A stretch of 64,000 nucleotides of DNA. Source: Selaginella moellendorffii (taxonomy: Eukaryota; Plantae; Lycopodiophyta). This document shows positions 25,312 through 36,850 of this stretch, in pieces. Each line of letters opens with the position of its first letter. Position 1 is the first letter of the stretch. The stretch is from NCBI RefSeq assembly GCF_000143415.4, contig NW_003314294.1, forward strand, positions 1,673,387-1,737,386, read 5' to 3'. Made by a program: the position numbers and the translations under genes. The notes below the pieces were generated by a model. It was not told the origin of the DNA. It saw nothing but the letters and a program-made list of their open reading frames with translations, and did no database searches.

Positions 25312-27092
25312 ATGGCCTTCAAGGTTGGGGAAAAAGTTTACATTTTGAATGGTGGGAAGAGAGTTGCAAAAGGGACCCTTGTGTCTATGGATCAGAACTT
25401 TGTTATACACTGTCAAAGGCTTGGGGAAGGCAATGCTGTTGTATCAGTAGAGACTGTCTTCGATGGGAATGTGGTCGCTATTGAACGAGGAGAGATGGTC
25501 GTCGGGGTAAATGTTGTTGTTGCCTTGAAAAATCTTCAGAAGAAAGCAGATGTTGGGGACAGCGCAAGTGTGACGCATGTTCCCTTTGTGGATCTTAAGA
25601 ACCGTGCTACATGGATTCAGGCAAAGGTGTTTCTAAACAACCCCAAGGGGGAGGTGGTAGTTGAGGGCTTAGCCACAGTTGTCGATCCAAGAGATGTGGT
25701 TGCTAATCAAGAATTGGGCCGGGATGATATTGGAGTTGCGATTTTAAAGGTTGTTGACACAGAAGAAAACAGTCTGACTATTGGAAGCATTGTGCGGTGG
25801 AAATTGAGGCACTTAGTGTTTGAGAATGTGAGGCCTCATGCCATTCCGATGAGGCTAGTCGCCCGGTGAATGCACAGCCTCATCCAAATGAAGCAGAATC
25901 TCAAGGAAGTTCCTGCGGCCAATGTGGCCTTCCACCCCATCTTCTACTCCAAACAGACAATGCTGGCAGTGAGAACAAAAACATGTACGTCTTCGCGTAC
26001 TTGGCGATGCTTGTTGCCAAAGGCATATTTGAAACGGTTACACTTGGCTTTCTCATGGTTGGGCACACTCATGAAGACATCGATGCCATGTTCAGTCACC
26101 TGGCAGAGTCCCTCCGGCGATCCAATGTCCTCACCCTCCCACAACTCTACGATGAATTCCAAAATTGCATCAAAGGCACTGTTGAAGCTGCACTTGTGAC
26201 AGAGGTTCTAGACTTTAAGGGGTTTGTAAGAGGCTACATCAGGGACGGATCCGAAACGCTGATTGGCCACTCCAAGCCTCTTCAGTTTCATTTCAGCATG
26301 CGTGACGGTGCTCCAGTGATGAGGTACAAGATGAGAGAATGGGACACAGTGTGGCTGCCAGTGGACGGCATTGAACTCTTCAAGAGAGATCCCATAACTG
26401 GGGAACCTATGATTCCTCAAGGTTCCCCACTGCCGATGCACCCGGATGGACTCAAAGACCAGGAAAGTATAGTGGCCGGGATTAGACAGCATATTGCCTT
26501 CTGGAAGAGGGGGTTGGTGTTTGGTGGAGAATCCTATTTTCAGAGGTGTAAGCCTTTGCTCGAATACTGGGAGAAGATTATATCTGCTATCCAAAATGGG
26601 CCGGTTGTATATGAAGAATTGGAAGAGTCCTTTTGGCCAGAACCCAAAGCACCAGATAGTAGCGGAACAATGTCCTCTGGAAATGCAGTGACAGATAACG
26701 ATGTTGAGGATCACTATTGTGGGCCGAGGAACAAGAAGCCGGATTCAGCATTCAATCCAGTACAGGTCTGCAAAGGAATGGTCGTGCTTGTCAGACCCAG
26801 TAATAAAAAACAAATGATATGGGTGGGGCACTGCATCACTGATGCAGAGGAGGACGCAAAAACTAACTCCTTCAATGTAACTGTGGAGTGGTTCAAGCCA
26901 AGTTCCGGATATACGAAGGATTGCCTAGAAAAGAGATGGGTGCTGAATCCAAGGGATCCCAGCATGAGCATATCGGTGAATAATGTTGTGCATGGTTGGA
27001 TGCGGAAGCAGAGTGCCACCATCACCTTGCCAGACCATGCAAGAGATGCTGCAAGAGCATTCATAACCCGGGTTCAAGGTGAGATTCATTAA
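25312..27092 (+). pseudogene. Sola-like (DUF7869-type) transposase with a 1,288-bp internal deletion
   Basis: Retains LQTDNAGSENKN and FLMVGHTHEDID. Comparison with copy B shows loss of the Cys/HTH region and the first catalytic Asp (IIHDKMDQ), joined at a GTGA microhomology near 25827-25830. Confidence 0.85.
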
Positions 27093-27731
27093 TATTCCTT
27101 TACTAAGTTTCTAATGTATTTTATTTCAAGGTGAACAATCCGAATCTGAATCAGAGGAGGCATGATGGCATGTGGCCTTACGCCATTCCTAGGTGAGATG
27201 ATACAAATAACAAGTATAAATTCTTAGTTGTTCTAGCAAATCTTACTTAAAGTTCAAGGTGAACAAGCTGAATATGAATTCATCGGATTGTTATAACAAA
27301 TTGCGAGGTGATGGCATGAGGCGATACGCCATTTGAGAGTGGTAGCCATTCCTATATGAGGTGAGTGAAATATTTATTAGAAATACCTCATTCAATTGTG
27401 CACTTCTAAGTCTTGGTCCACTCAGTACTGTTTGCATGTTTCTATTTTAATTCTTTCTCTAAAATGTTATTTAGCATGTGGCTTCATGCCATTGCTCTCC
27501 ACAATCATGCATTGAATTTTTCTATCCTTGCATAATACTTCTCTAAATATATAGCATGTGCGCACATGTGATATGGTTCATTAGGCCTGAAGGTCACTGC
27601 GCTAGTCACCATGCCCCAGATATGTTTAGCCCCTGGACAAAAAACATATAATTTCACGTCATTTTCAAATACTTGAAAATTTGTACCTAGTCCCATTTTA
27701 CTGAATAAATCCCACTTTAACAAAATAGAGC

Positions 27732-28295
27732 ATCATTATGCTAGTCATTCTTCCCCATTCTTTATTTTGGGGAGGTCTTCTTGCAACGATGGCAGAGAAT
27801 GATGACTCTAGATTGGTTGAGTTTGCATCAGATTGCTTACTCTCAAACATCCCGGTCGAAACAAAAGGAGCAAGTGGCCGAATCCAAAAGGTTTACATTT
27901 CCTTATTTTTCATATCTTAAATTGATTGCCTCTTTTCCTTGTAGGTTTTAGTATGGAACTACCATGCTCTCTGCCGCTACTCTTGCCGTCACAGTATTAC
28001 ACGAGCTGATGAGTGTGCAGGTTTGGCATTGCCAGGATATGATAGCTCAACAGATATCATCCCGAATGTCATCGATGAGGACCATCATATAGAGTTCCCT
28101 GGTTATCGACACTGTTCACCAAAGGCCATGCAAATCCTCCTAGAGTTGTTTTGTCCTCCTAAGGGGATTGTGCTTGATGCTACAGCAGGTTTTGGTTCGA
28201 TGGTGCTAGTGGCTAAAGAGACTGGGTGTGCAGTTTTTGCACTAGAGAAGGAGAGTGCATTTGAAGGTGTTTTTGGGACATTGCATAACAGGTGA
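27732..28295 (+). pseudogene. 3' fragment of a spliced beta-class N4-C/N6-A DNA methyltransferase-like gene, truncated at the transposon TIR
   Basis: Phase-0 GT-AG intron 27891-27944 joins the ORF at 27738 in frame to the ORF at 28023. The C-terminus SPKAMQILLELFCPPKGIVLDATAGFGSMVLVAKETGCAVFALEKE fits the motif X / motif I (FxGxG) / motif II order of N6_N4_Mtase. Confidence 0.65.
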
Positions 28296-28689
28296 TAATA
28301 AAGTATAAATTTTTCCTTATAGTAATTCCATCATGGTTGTGTATATTAGGTGGATCGATGATGTGGGCTATAATTTGCCACGTTATGCAGAAGCAATGGC
28401 ACAAGCTCATATACAACAAGAGCCCACAGTTAGAGAGCATAATACCATACGAATTCCTCCTTTTGTGGATGTGGATGCTGAGGAAGACTAAGTTTAGTTT
28501 TCTTTTTAGTCAAATTTTTTAGTGGTAATATAGAGTTTCTTCTTTGACTTATGATATTTATTTTCTTATTAGATTTATATTATTTAGCGTTTTCTTGAAC
28601 TGAAAATATGTCTTAAGTTTTGAATAGAATTGTTGGTTCGTCCCGAACCAATCATTTCAACATCAACTTTTGTATTTGGTGGACTATAT

Positions 28690-29500
28690 TGACTTTCATT
28701 GACTTTCATTGCCTTGAGCTCAGCTCAAAAACTACCCAGCCCCGCTGTGGTTTGTTGCTGCTATCTATGGAGTTCCTCGGCTACCAAAATCCTGTTAACT
28801 GATGAGGCTGGAGCCTTGCCTTTGCTTAACAAAGGGGCTGCGTCAATATCTTGTTGCTCCAACTACTCCTGGTATGTCTTTGGACCACGAAACAATGTGG
28901 AATTGTCAATGAAGGGACGTTGCTAGACATGTTGAGAAGGTGGAGGCCAAAGCTCTGGGTGAAGCTTGAAGCAACATTGTGTGCTGTGTGTGTTCATCTC
29001 ACAATGAATGCACCAACAAGAGCGTTCCCAAGCTGCAATAGCCTCTTTCCTGGACTCCACCAGCTTCTGGAGCATCTTGTCATGGTGTGACTATTACTAA
29101 ATAATGATCTCCTTCAGCTGCCGCATCTCATTAGCAAAGTTCTCGATAGCCAGAGGTGTATGTTCAATAGCAATAGACTTTGGTGTGAACAGGCGAATAG
29201 TCCTACAAGGTGACTCTGATGGGGTGATGGCTTGGTAGAAATCAACTCTAGCAATCCCTAGGTTGACAAGAAGCTCTCTTTCCAGCTTCGTGGCAAATAA
29301 AAACGCCTCACGGCAAGACCCAAATGTCTTTTTAAGAAATTTCTGCTGAAAGTTCCCGTGCAGATCTGCTGTGAATGCTGTGATCCCTTGCTGCTCATCT
29401 TGGACCACTCTACAATCCCAACACTACTTTCAGTATGCTTGAAACCGGGTGATGTAGTCAAGAATAGACTCATGAACACCCTACCAGAACAAAAAGTGGT
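28690..29500 (-). mobile_element. Possible decayed retroelement gag fragment
   Basis: ORF 29097..29408 (..FTADLHGNFQQKFL..EAFLFATKLERE..) loosely resembles the C-terminal capsid region of retrotransposon gag. Confidence 0.3.
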
Positions 29501-30091
29501 CGACAAGTAGTTAGAAATATCTTAATCAATGTGGTTAGCTGAAAGTATAAACTCAACTATGTCATGCTTAAAATGATACGACAAGATTCTACCTACAAAA
29601 CTCTACTAGGCAAACTTTGGCTAAAAACTATTTGTACAAACCAAGACTGGAAAAATGGTTTTTTGTGTATAGAGCATGGCAACTAAAAAAGTTCTATACC
29701 TATTACTTCCACTATATAGTTGGAAAGGAAAGATTAACCCCTCAAAGCTCAATCTTATAATTGGGAGGAAGGCTTAGATGATTTTCAAGAACAATAAATC
29801 TTAAAAGCTTTCCCTAAAATTGAGCCAGTTTCAAAAGTTAATCTTTATATAATACTCAAAGAAGTACGTAGGTAAGAAGCCCCTAAACCAAAGATCGGTA
29901 CGACTATAAGATATTTCTCCCTAATGAAGAATCCTGCATATAAAATTGATCAATGGAGAAACTATATTTTACATATTTCTTATGATCAATCACTTAAACA
30001 AATTAATTTAGCAGATAAGAATAATGCATACTGTCTGTGGAGGGGAACTCTACCAATACTAATACAAGTGTAAGGAACCAACTCCCCAAGG

Positions 30092-33000
30092 TGTTGAAGA
30101 CTAAAGGATCCCCAAAAGCACGACCAAAATGATAAAGAGTTCATCGGATGAGATTGAGACCGGGATCGAGTCCGAAACTGACTCTAAGACCGAGTTCGAG
30201 ACCGAATCCGAGATTGAGTCTGCGACCAACTCCGAGACTAAGTTCGAGATCAAGTCCGAGACCGAGTTCAAGACCGAGTTCAAGACCAAGTCCAAGACCG
30301 AGTTCGAGACTGAGTTTGAGATCCAAGATTGGGTCCGAGACCAAGTCTGAGATCGAGTCCGAGACAGAGTCTAAGGTTAGGTCCGAGAACGAGTTCAAGG
30401 TTAAGTCCGAGGTCGAGTCCGAGATCGAGTCCGAGGTCAAGTCCAAGATTGAGTCCAAGGTTGAGTTTGAGATCAAGTCCAAGATCGAGTCCAAATACTA
30501 ATATAGGTCGTGGGGTGAAAGCCCAAAGCGTGTGTCTCCCGGGGGGGGGGGGTGGTGTAAGGGGTTCCAAAAGTATAGTAGGGATAGTGAGGTCCAAAAA
30601 TCAGTTATAAAGGAACTCTCTAGTGGTGCTTCTAAACTAACTTGAGGTTGAGTCTGGGGCTGAGGGGCCATGAGTGGGAGTCAACATGGACTCAGGTGAT
30701 GCCGAAGGGGCCACCCAAGAAAGTGCTCAAGAGCAACTCCCACTCTTGGAAGGGTAATCAACTATAGTGCTCCCGGCTCAAGTGGAGTGGTGCCCCACTT
30801 GAGTACCTTGCAGCTCATTGGTCCTCGCCCTTCCTAGGGGCTTGGGCCTTCCCTTTGGGATGGAAGTGGGGGAGTAGGGGTACTTATACCGGGCTGTTAG
30901 GCCACAGTGTTTCCCTCTTGTGTCCCGAAACAAGTGTTGCACCCAAGGCTTGGGATTTAGAGGGTTCCATGATCAAGTGTTGTTATACCAAGGAGGGAAG
31001 GGGATTGGGAGAGTGTTGGGGAAAGGAGGGGAGCCTCCCCCACTGCTCGTTCAAACACGAGAAATGCTTCAATGCTTTCTGCAAAATGCCCCCCTTTTCC
31101 CTTGTGGGGCAAGGGTTTTATACAAGGAAGATGGGGAATATTCTGAGGACCAGAATATTTTCTCTCTCTCAATGTCTCAGTGGCCATGCCCTAACATGTG
31201 ACCACGGTGGATCGCGCTAGCTCCAGACGTGTGAAAACCCTCCGAAGAGTGTAGAGTGTACCTCTGCTACTGATGCCAAGTGCTAATAGCTGCGTGAAAT
31301 AGTAGAAACTTTAGAAAACAAAGTGGAAAACAAAGGAAAGAGGTAGGTGTGAAGTTTGGAGATAGGGAGGAAAACCCGGTGGGAAACCCTGTAGTAAAAC
31401 TAGACCTTGAAGTTGAAGAAAAGTGTAGAAAAAGTGTGAAAAAGTGTGAAAAGAAGAGGAAAATAGAGGAAAAAGAGTGAGCACCCAAAGAACTTAACCC
31501 GTATCTGGATTTCGGCTCAGGAAAGTGTAATATGCAAATATAGCCTCTTGATGACTTCTGGTATGCTCCATGGATTGGTCGAAATCGAGAAAGAAAGAGA
31601 GGTAGAAGAGGGGATGCGTTGCCCAAGCGTGGTAAGTGTGGAAATGATGAAAGATGGAGTGATATGGTGGAGCACTGAGGTGGTGGTGGCACTCTGAAAA
31701 GGTGGCCATTGATAATTGTTGGCATGTAGAGCAAGCGCTGACCACTCGGAGTAGCCGGTAAGCGGTACCAGTAACTAGTAACCAGTAACTGGGGACCTGT
31801 AACCTGTAACCGGTAACCACCTGCTCCTACGCCTGCTCCAGCACCGATATGGTGGAGTGATATGGTGGAGCGCTGAGATGGGGTGGCACTCTGAGAAGGT
31901 GGCCAGTCTGATGTGTCGGACTGAAGAAGTCAGCAGCTGAAAAGGATGTCGTAGTCACTAGGTTGCCGGTAAAGGGAGGTGGCATGTGTCCACTGAGTGT
32001 TGGAGCAAAAGAAAGTGGCTTCTGCTTCTGTGGCCTCGCCTAAAGATCCACCTAGGTGCATTCAGTGAACAGGTTCACCTGGTTGGAAGAAAGTCGCTCC
32101 AAATAGCTAGTGCGTTGTCAGCAAATGGTTGTAAGGATATCTCGGAAATGGCATGTCCAAATGAGGTGGTGTCATTTGCTGCTGGTGCACGTATGTGTGT
32201 CCGTGGTATGGTTTAAATATGACCTCAAATGGAGATGTGAATGATGGTGAAAGAATGAAAGATGCAAGACGGGCATCTAGAGATAAGTGCGGGCAACGCT
32301 GCTGGAAGTGATTGGTGATGGAACTATGAGTGTAGGTGATATGGAATGAGTGAGGGGAATGTGTGGGGTGTAGTAATGGTAAGGGAAGGGCCAAAGAACC
32401 TGGAATATAGACCGAGTCAAGCAAGGAACCTCCATACAAATGGCAATGCAGCCAAAGTGCGAAATCCAAGGCATGGGCCATGGTCCAATGGAGAAATACC
32501 CTTTGAAAGTAAGAAAAGTAGCCATGAAAGTAAAGTGAAAGAAAGGAAGAAAAAGAAAAAGGAAAAGAAGAGAAGAGGAACACCTCACCGGATAAAACGT
32601 TTGAGATGAGAGTGGTTGTGAGCGCGTGGGAGCTCACGTCCATCAGCATCAACTAGCACATATGCTCCACCTCTAATGTGTTGCTGGACAAAGTAGGGGC
32701 CGGTCCAGCGAGGGGAGAACTTCGAAGGTGGCGTAAACTCCTTGAGTAGAACGAGATCGCCATCCTCGAATGGTTTGGCAGACCACTAGTGATCGATGAA
32801 TGACTTGATCTTCTGCTTGCCTCAAAGGAGATGTTCAGTCGTGGATTGTCGCTGTTCTTCCAAGGCAAGAACCTCCAAGTCACACGCATGAAACTTGTCC
32901 TCATCGCTAAGCTGCATCGCTGCTGCATATCGAAGTGAAAGTGAGAGTGATGGCACCTAGATCTCCACTGGAAGCACGACCTCTGTTCCATAGACAAGGG

Positions 33001-36000
33001 AGAATGGGGTCATAGAGATAGATGTCTTGAAGGATGTCCAAAAGGCCCACAACGCCGTAACCAAGTGTTCATGCCAACGCCTTAGGTGATCCTCCACAAG
33101 CTTTGAGATGACTGTCTTCAATATCTTATTGCTAGACTCCGCTTGGCCATTGCACTTAGGATAATAGTTGCTGCTATTCACGTGCTTGACCTGCAGCTGC
33201 TAGAGAAGATGCTGCATCACCTGTCCAAGGAAGCCGCAGCCATGATTGGAAACCAAAATAGCAGGAACTCTGAATCGGCAAATGATGTACTCGTAGACAA
33301 ACTTTCCTGTAGACTGTTGATCTACCTATCACAGAGGGGTGGCCTCAACCCATTTTGTGAAATAGTCCGTCGCCATGATGATGTATTGCTGTCCTTTTGA
33401 GCTCGGTGGGTTGATCGGGCCAACAAAGTCAAGTCCCCACTGGAAAAAGGGACCTGGAGAAGTGATGAGTTGGAAAGGAAGACGTGGAACATGGCTCTGT
33501 GGGTTGAACTGTTGGCACTGCTCACATGCCTTTGCATAGGTCAGGCTGTCCAGGTGAATCTGAGGCCAAAAGTAGCCATGGCGCAAAAGGAGCTGTGCTA
33601 TGACCCGTTCCAAGAAATGCTCCACACAAGAGTAGAAAGCGCAAAGGGCTCAGGGACCTTGTGTTCCCCCACACACCGCAACAAAACATCCTGAGAAGTC
33701 CTCATGTAAAGGTGTCTGTCGAGAAGGCAAAACTCTCGTGCTTGGATCTCTAATGCCTTTTGTTGCACGGGTGAGGAATGTGCTGGGAACTGACCTGAAT
33801 CCAGGTACACTGCAATGTCCTATAATGCTGCTGGGACCACAAAGGAAGTATCTTCAGCAACCAGGAACTCACTTGGATCCATCACACGCTTCCGCCGCAT
33901 GTAAAAAGTTGGCTGGAACTCTTGGATGGTCACAATCCAAGATAAAGTATGAGGACTATGAACCAGTCACTATAAAAGAAAGGTTAGCACATTAAAATAG
34001 ACGTGAAATGAATATGGGCTCCAGCAAGAAAGTGACAAAATCGCTCCAAGATGTAAATAATAGCCACTGCTTCTTTTTCCACATCCATGTACTTCTTTTC
34101 AGTCTCCTTGAACGAATGTGAGGCATAGTATGTTGCATGTGGTGGCTTGCCAAGCTGTGAACATTGGCAAAGGCATACTCCAAAAGCCTTTGTGCCCGTT
34201 GTGATGTAAATGTCAAAAGGAAGTTGTTGTTCTTGTGGTTGGAGTACCGGGGCTGTGTCGAGTGACTGCTTCAGTGATTCAAAGGCTTGTTGCTGAGACT
34301 CACCCCAAACAAATGGAATGTTGTGTTGTAGCAGAGCTATCAGAGGCCATGAACGTGTAGCATAATTGTGGAGGAAACAGCAAAAGAAACCCGTTTGCCC
34401 GAGGAAGCTGCGAAGCTGGTTGGTGGGTTCCGATCCAGAATCTCTTGAGCCTTGGCTACCTGGGGCTTGATCCCATCCTGCAAGACATCAAAGCCTAGTA
34501 ACCAGCCTTCAATCACCCCAAATTTACACTTTGCCAGGTTCAATGAGAACCTGTGTTGTCGGCAATGAGTGAAGATCTGTTCCAAGTGCACAAGGTGATC
34601 CTCAAAGGAGTCAGAGCTCATACACAGATCATCCATATACACCCTGAAGGCACCACCAATGAAGTCGTGAAAGGCGTGGGTCATAAAGCGCTGAAAAGTA
34701 GCTCCAACGTTACACAAGCCAAATGGGAGGACATTGAAAGCAAAGGCGCCCCAAGGTGTCCGGAAGGCCATAAGATCTCAATGATCTGGATGAATGAAGA
34801 TCTAGTTGTACCCTGAAAAGCCATCCATGAAAGAGTAGTACCGGTGTCTATAGATCTCATCCACAATCGCATCGATAAATAGAGTCGGAAAGTGATCTTT
34901 CGCATTTGCCTTGTTCAAGTCTCAAAAGTCAACACAGAGGCGGAGTTTTCCATTTGCCTTGTGTGCAGAGATGAAATTTTCCACCAACTCTGAGCTCTCC
35001 AAAGGGTAAATAAAGCCGGCTGCCAGAAGTCACTCGATCTCCAACTTCATCTCGGAGTGAGCTGCCGGGCTGAAACGCCGCATCTTTTGACGGACTGGTT
35101 TGGGTAACTCTAAAAGCACAATGACGCGTACCCCAATGTGCATGATCATGTCCATGGGAACTCCTAGAAGCTGGCTGTAGTCCCAAGTGAACACATCCTT
35201 GAAACAGTGAAGGAAATCCAAGAGCTTTGCTGCATTCGTTGAAGCAAGTGATGTGGCAATAAAGACCAGGTCCTTGTCACCACCTAGGAAAATGGGATGA
35301 ACCCTAGAGTTTGGTGAAACCTTGGGCTCAAGGGTTCATCTATCTTGGATTCCTCCCCTACCTTAGAAACTAAATAGCAGGGAGTGCCTTTTGCCTCTCG
35401 CATCATGGTGATTGCTTGATGTGATAATTTGTTTGCCCAAAAGTTTTCTTCACGAGGGACACTTTGAAAAGTCACCTAAGAGAACTCATCCATCAGGTTG
35501 ACTGCCCGCTGCCAGAGCTCTTTCAGGTTCTCTTTGCGGACTTGGTATTCTCCAGTAAGTTAGCGTATGATGAGTTGCACATCTCCAATGAAAGTGACTT
35601 GCCAAAACTTGAGAATTGTGGCCAACTTCATGGCACTGATAGCTGCCAAGTACTCTGCTTCATTAGCTGATGTTGCTGGCAAAGTGATAGAGAGGTCAGC
35701 TACTTTGTTCTCTGTAGAATCAATCATGCCGGCAACTTTGTTTATGGGGCAGAAAGCACTGTCAAAATAAGCTGTAATCATAGGAGTGTCCTCTTCTTCA
35801 AATAAAGATGCTGGGGACACCACATCTGGCAAGATCATCTCTGGCAAGTCAGGCAAAAACGTTGTTGTTAGATCCGGAGTCTTTATCTGTTGTTCTCTTT
35901 GCTTCTAATGCTTTGAGTGCTCGATGTCCAATGCAAAGATTGTAGCTAAGTACTTTGCAAGTGAAGAAAGATCCTCCACTGAAGTCTAATCCAAGTCTGG

Positions 36001-36850
36001 TGCTGAAGTTTCAGTGTAATACACTTGGACCTGTACCAGGAGCTCCACAGTAGGAAATTCTAAACTCAAAGAGCTATAACTCACATGCAGGATGTCCGAT
36101 TGGCTTGATTCTTTTTGCCGGTTCTGTTTCTGGATGTCATCCTCCATCTCCAAGAAATAGCATGACAAAATACACTCGGAGTCGTCAGCTACCGCAATTT
36201 TAGTAGGAAGATGTTGGCTGTGTGACACCTCAAATAGTTGCTGAGAAGGATTGAGTTTGGCTGTGTCCTATGAAAGATGAACCTGGTCTGGAGTGATTAT
36301 GTCATCAAGCTCCATAAGAGAGAGCTGGTCCCATGCAAGGAACGAATCGAGAAGCCCTTCCTCTATCAAGAAACACTCCAGAAAGTTGGATGTAGCAGCC
36401 TGTACTCTATAAGCCCCACCATCAGATAAAGAGGGCCTGTCTAGAGGCTTGGCCTTACTCTCAAATAAAGAGAGTGAAGTTAAGAGATGTCTCCGGCTAT
36501 CTGACTCACCTCCAACCATGTCAATCGCACTGCATGAGAAAGCACCCGTCATATAGATGGTCGACTCCACCGCCAACTCAGGGAAAACCTCTATGAGCTC
36601 AGGAAGAAAGTATGGTGTGGAGACCATCTTATTCTGAGCTTGCTAGGCTTGCTGAGAAAGAGCTTTGCCATGGTTGTTGAGAAAGGTGGTGCTGTGGGTT
36701 CCATTGCTAATTTCCATCTTGCCTTGTGCGCTGTCAATGGTGCAATGGGCTGTGACTTGCCATGAATGGCCAAGGATGATAGAGTCCTTCAAAGAGGACA
36801 TTCCAAGACATTGGTAGACTACAATCATGAGTAGTGAAGCTGAGTGGAAG
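30092..36850 (-). mobile_element. Decayed Ty3/gypsy Tat-like LTR retrotransposon (aRH-RT-RH-INT), 5'-truncated, with probable ~2.5-kb LTR at about 30092-32660
   Basis: Extra RNase H (35560..35856: YFDSA, SANEAEYLA, FIGDVQLII), RT (PFGLCNVGATFQR, YMDD), integrase (GYFWP, WGLDFVGP, TDYFTKWVEA, NGQAESSNK). Many frameshifts and stops. TG at 30092; purine tract on the minus strand near 32665-32674. Confidence 0.8.

Larger units (their letters stand above)
16661..27731 (+). mobile_element. Sola-like TIR DNA transposon, copy A (11,071 bp; transposase internally deleted)
   Basis: Perfect 22-bp TIRs at 16661-16682 and 27710-27731. Encloses a DDD transposase remnant and the divergent cargo gene. Flanks (TAAA / ATCA) do not form a TSD. 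Confidence 0.88.

Noticed and set aside
17045-27572. Palindromes as a CRISPR-like array or MITE family
   Set aside because: Spacing is irregular, the intervening DNA is exons and introns, there are no cas genes, and no TSDs flank individual copies.
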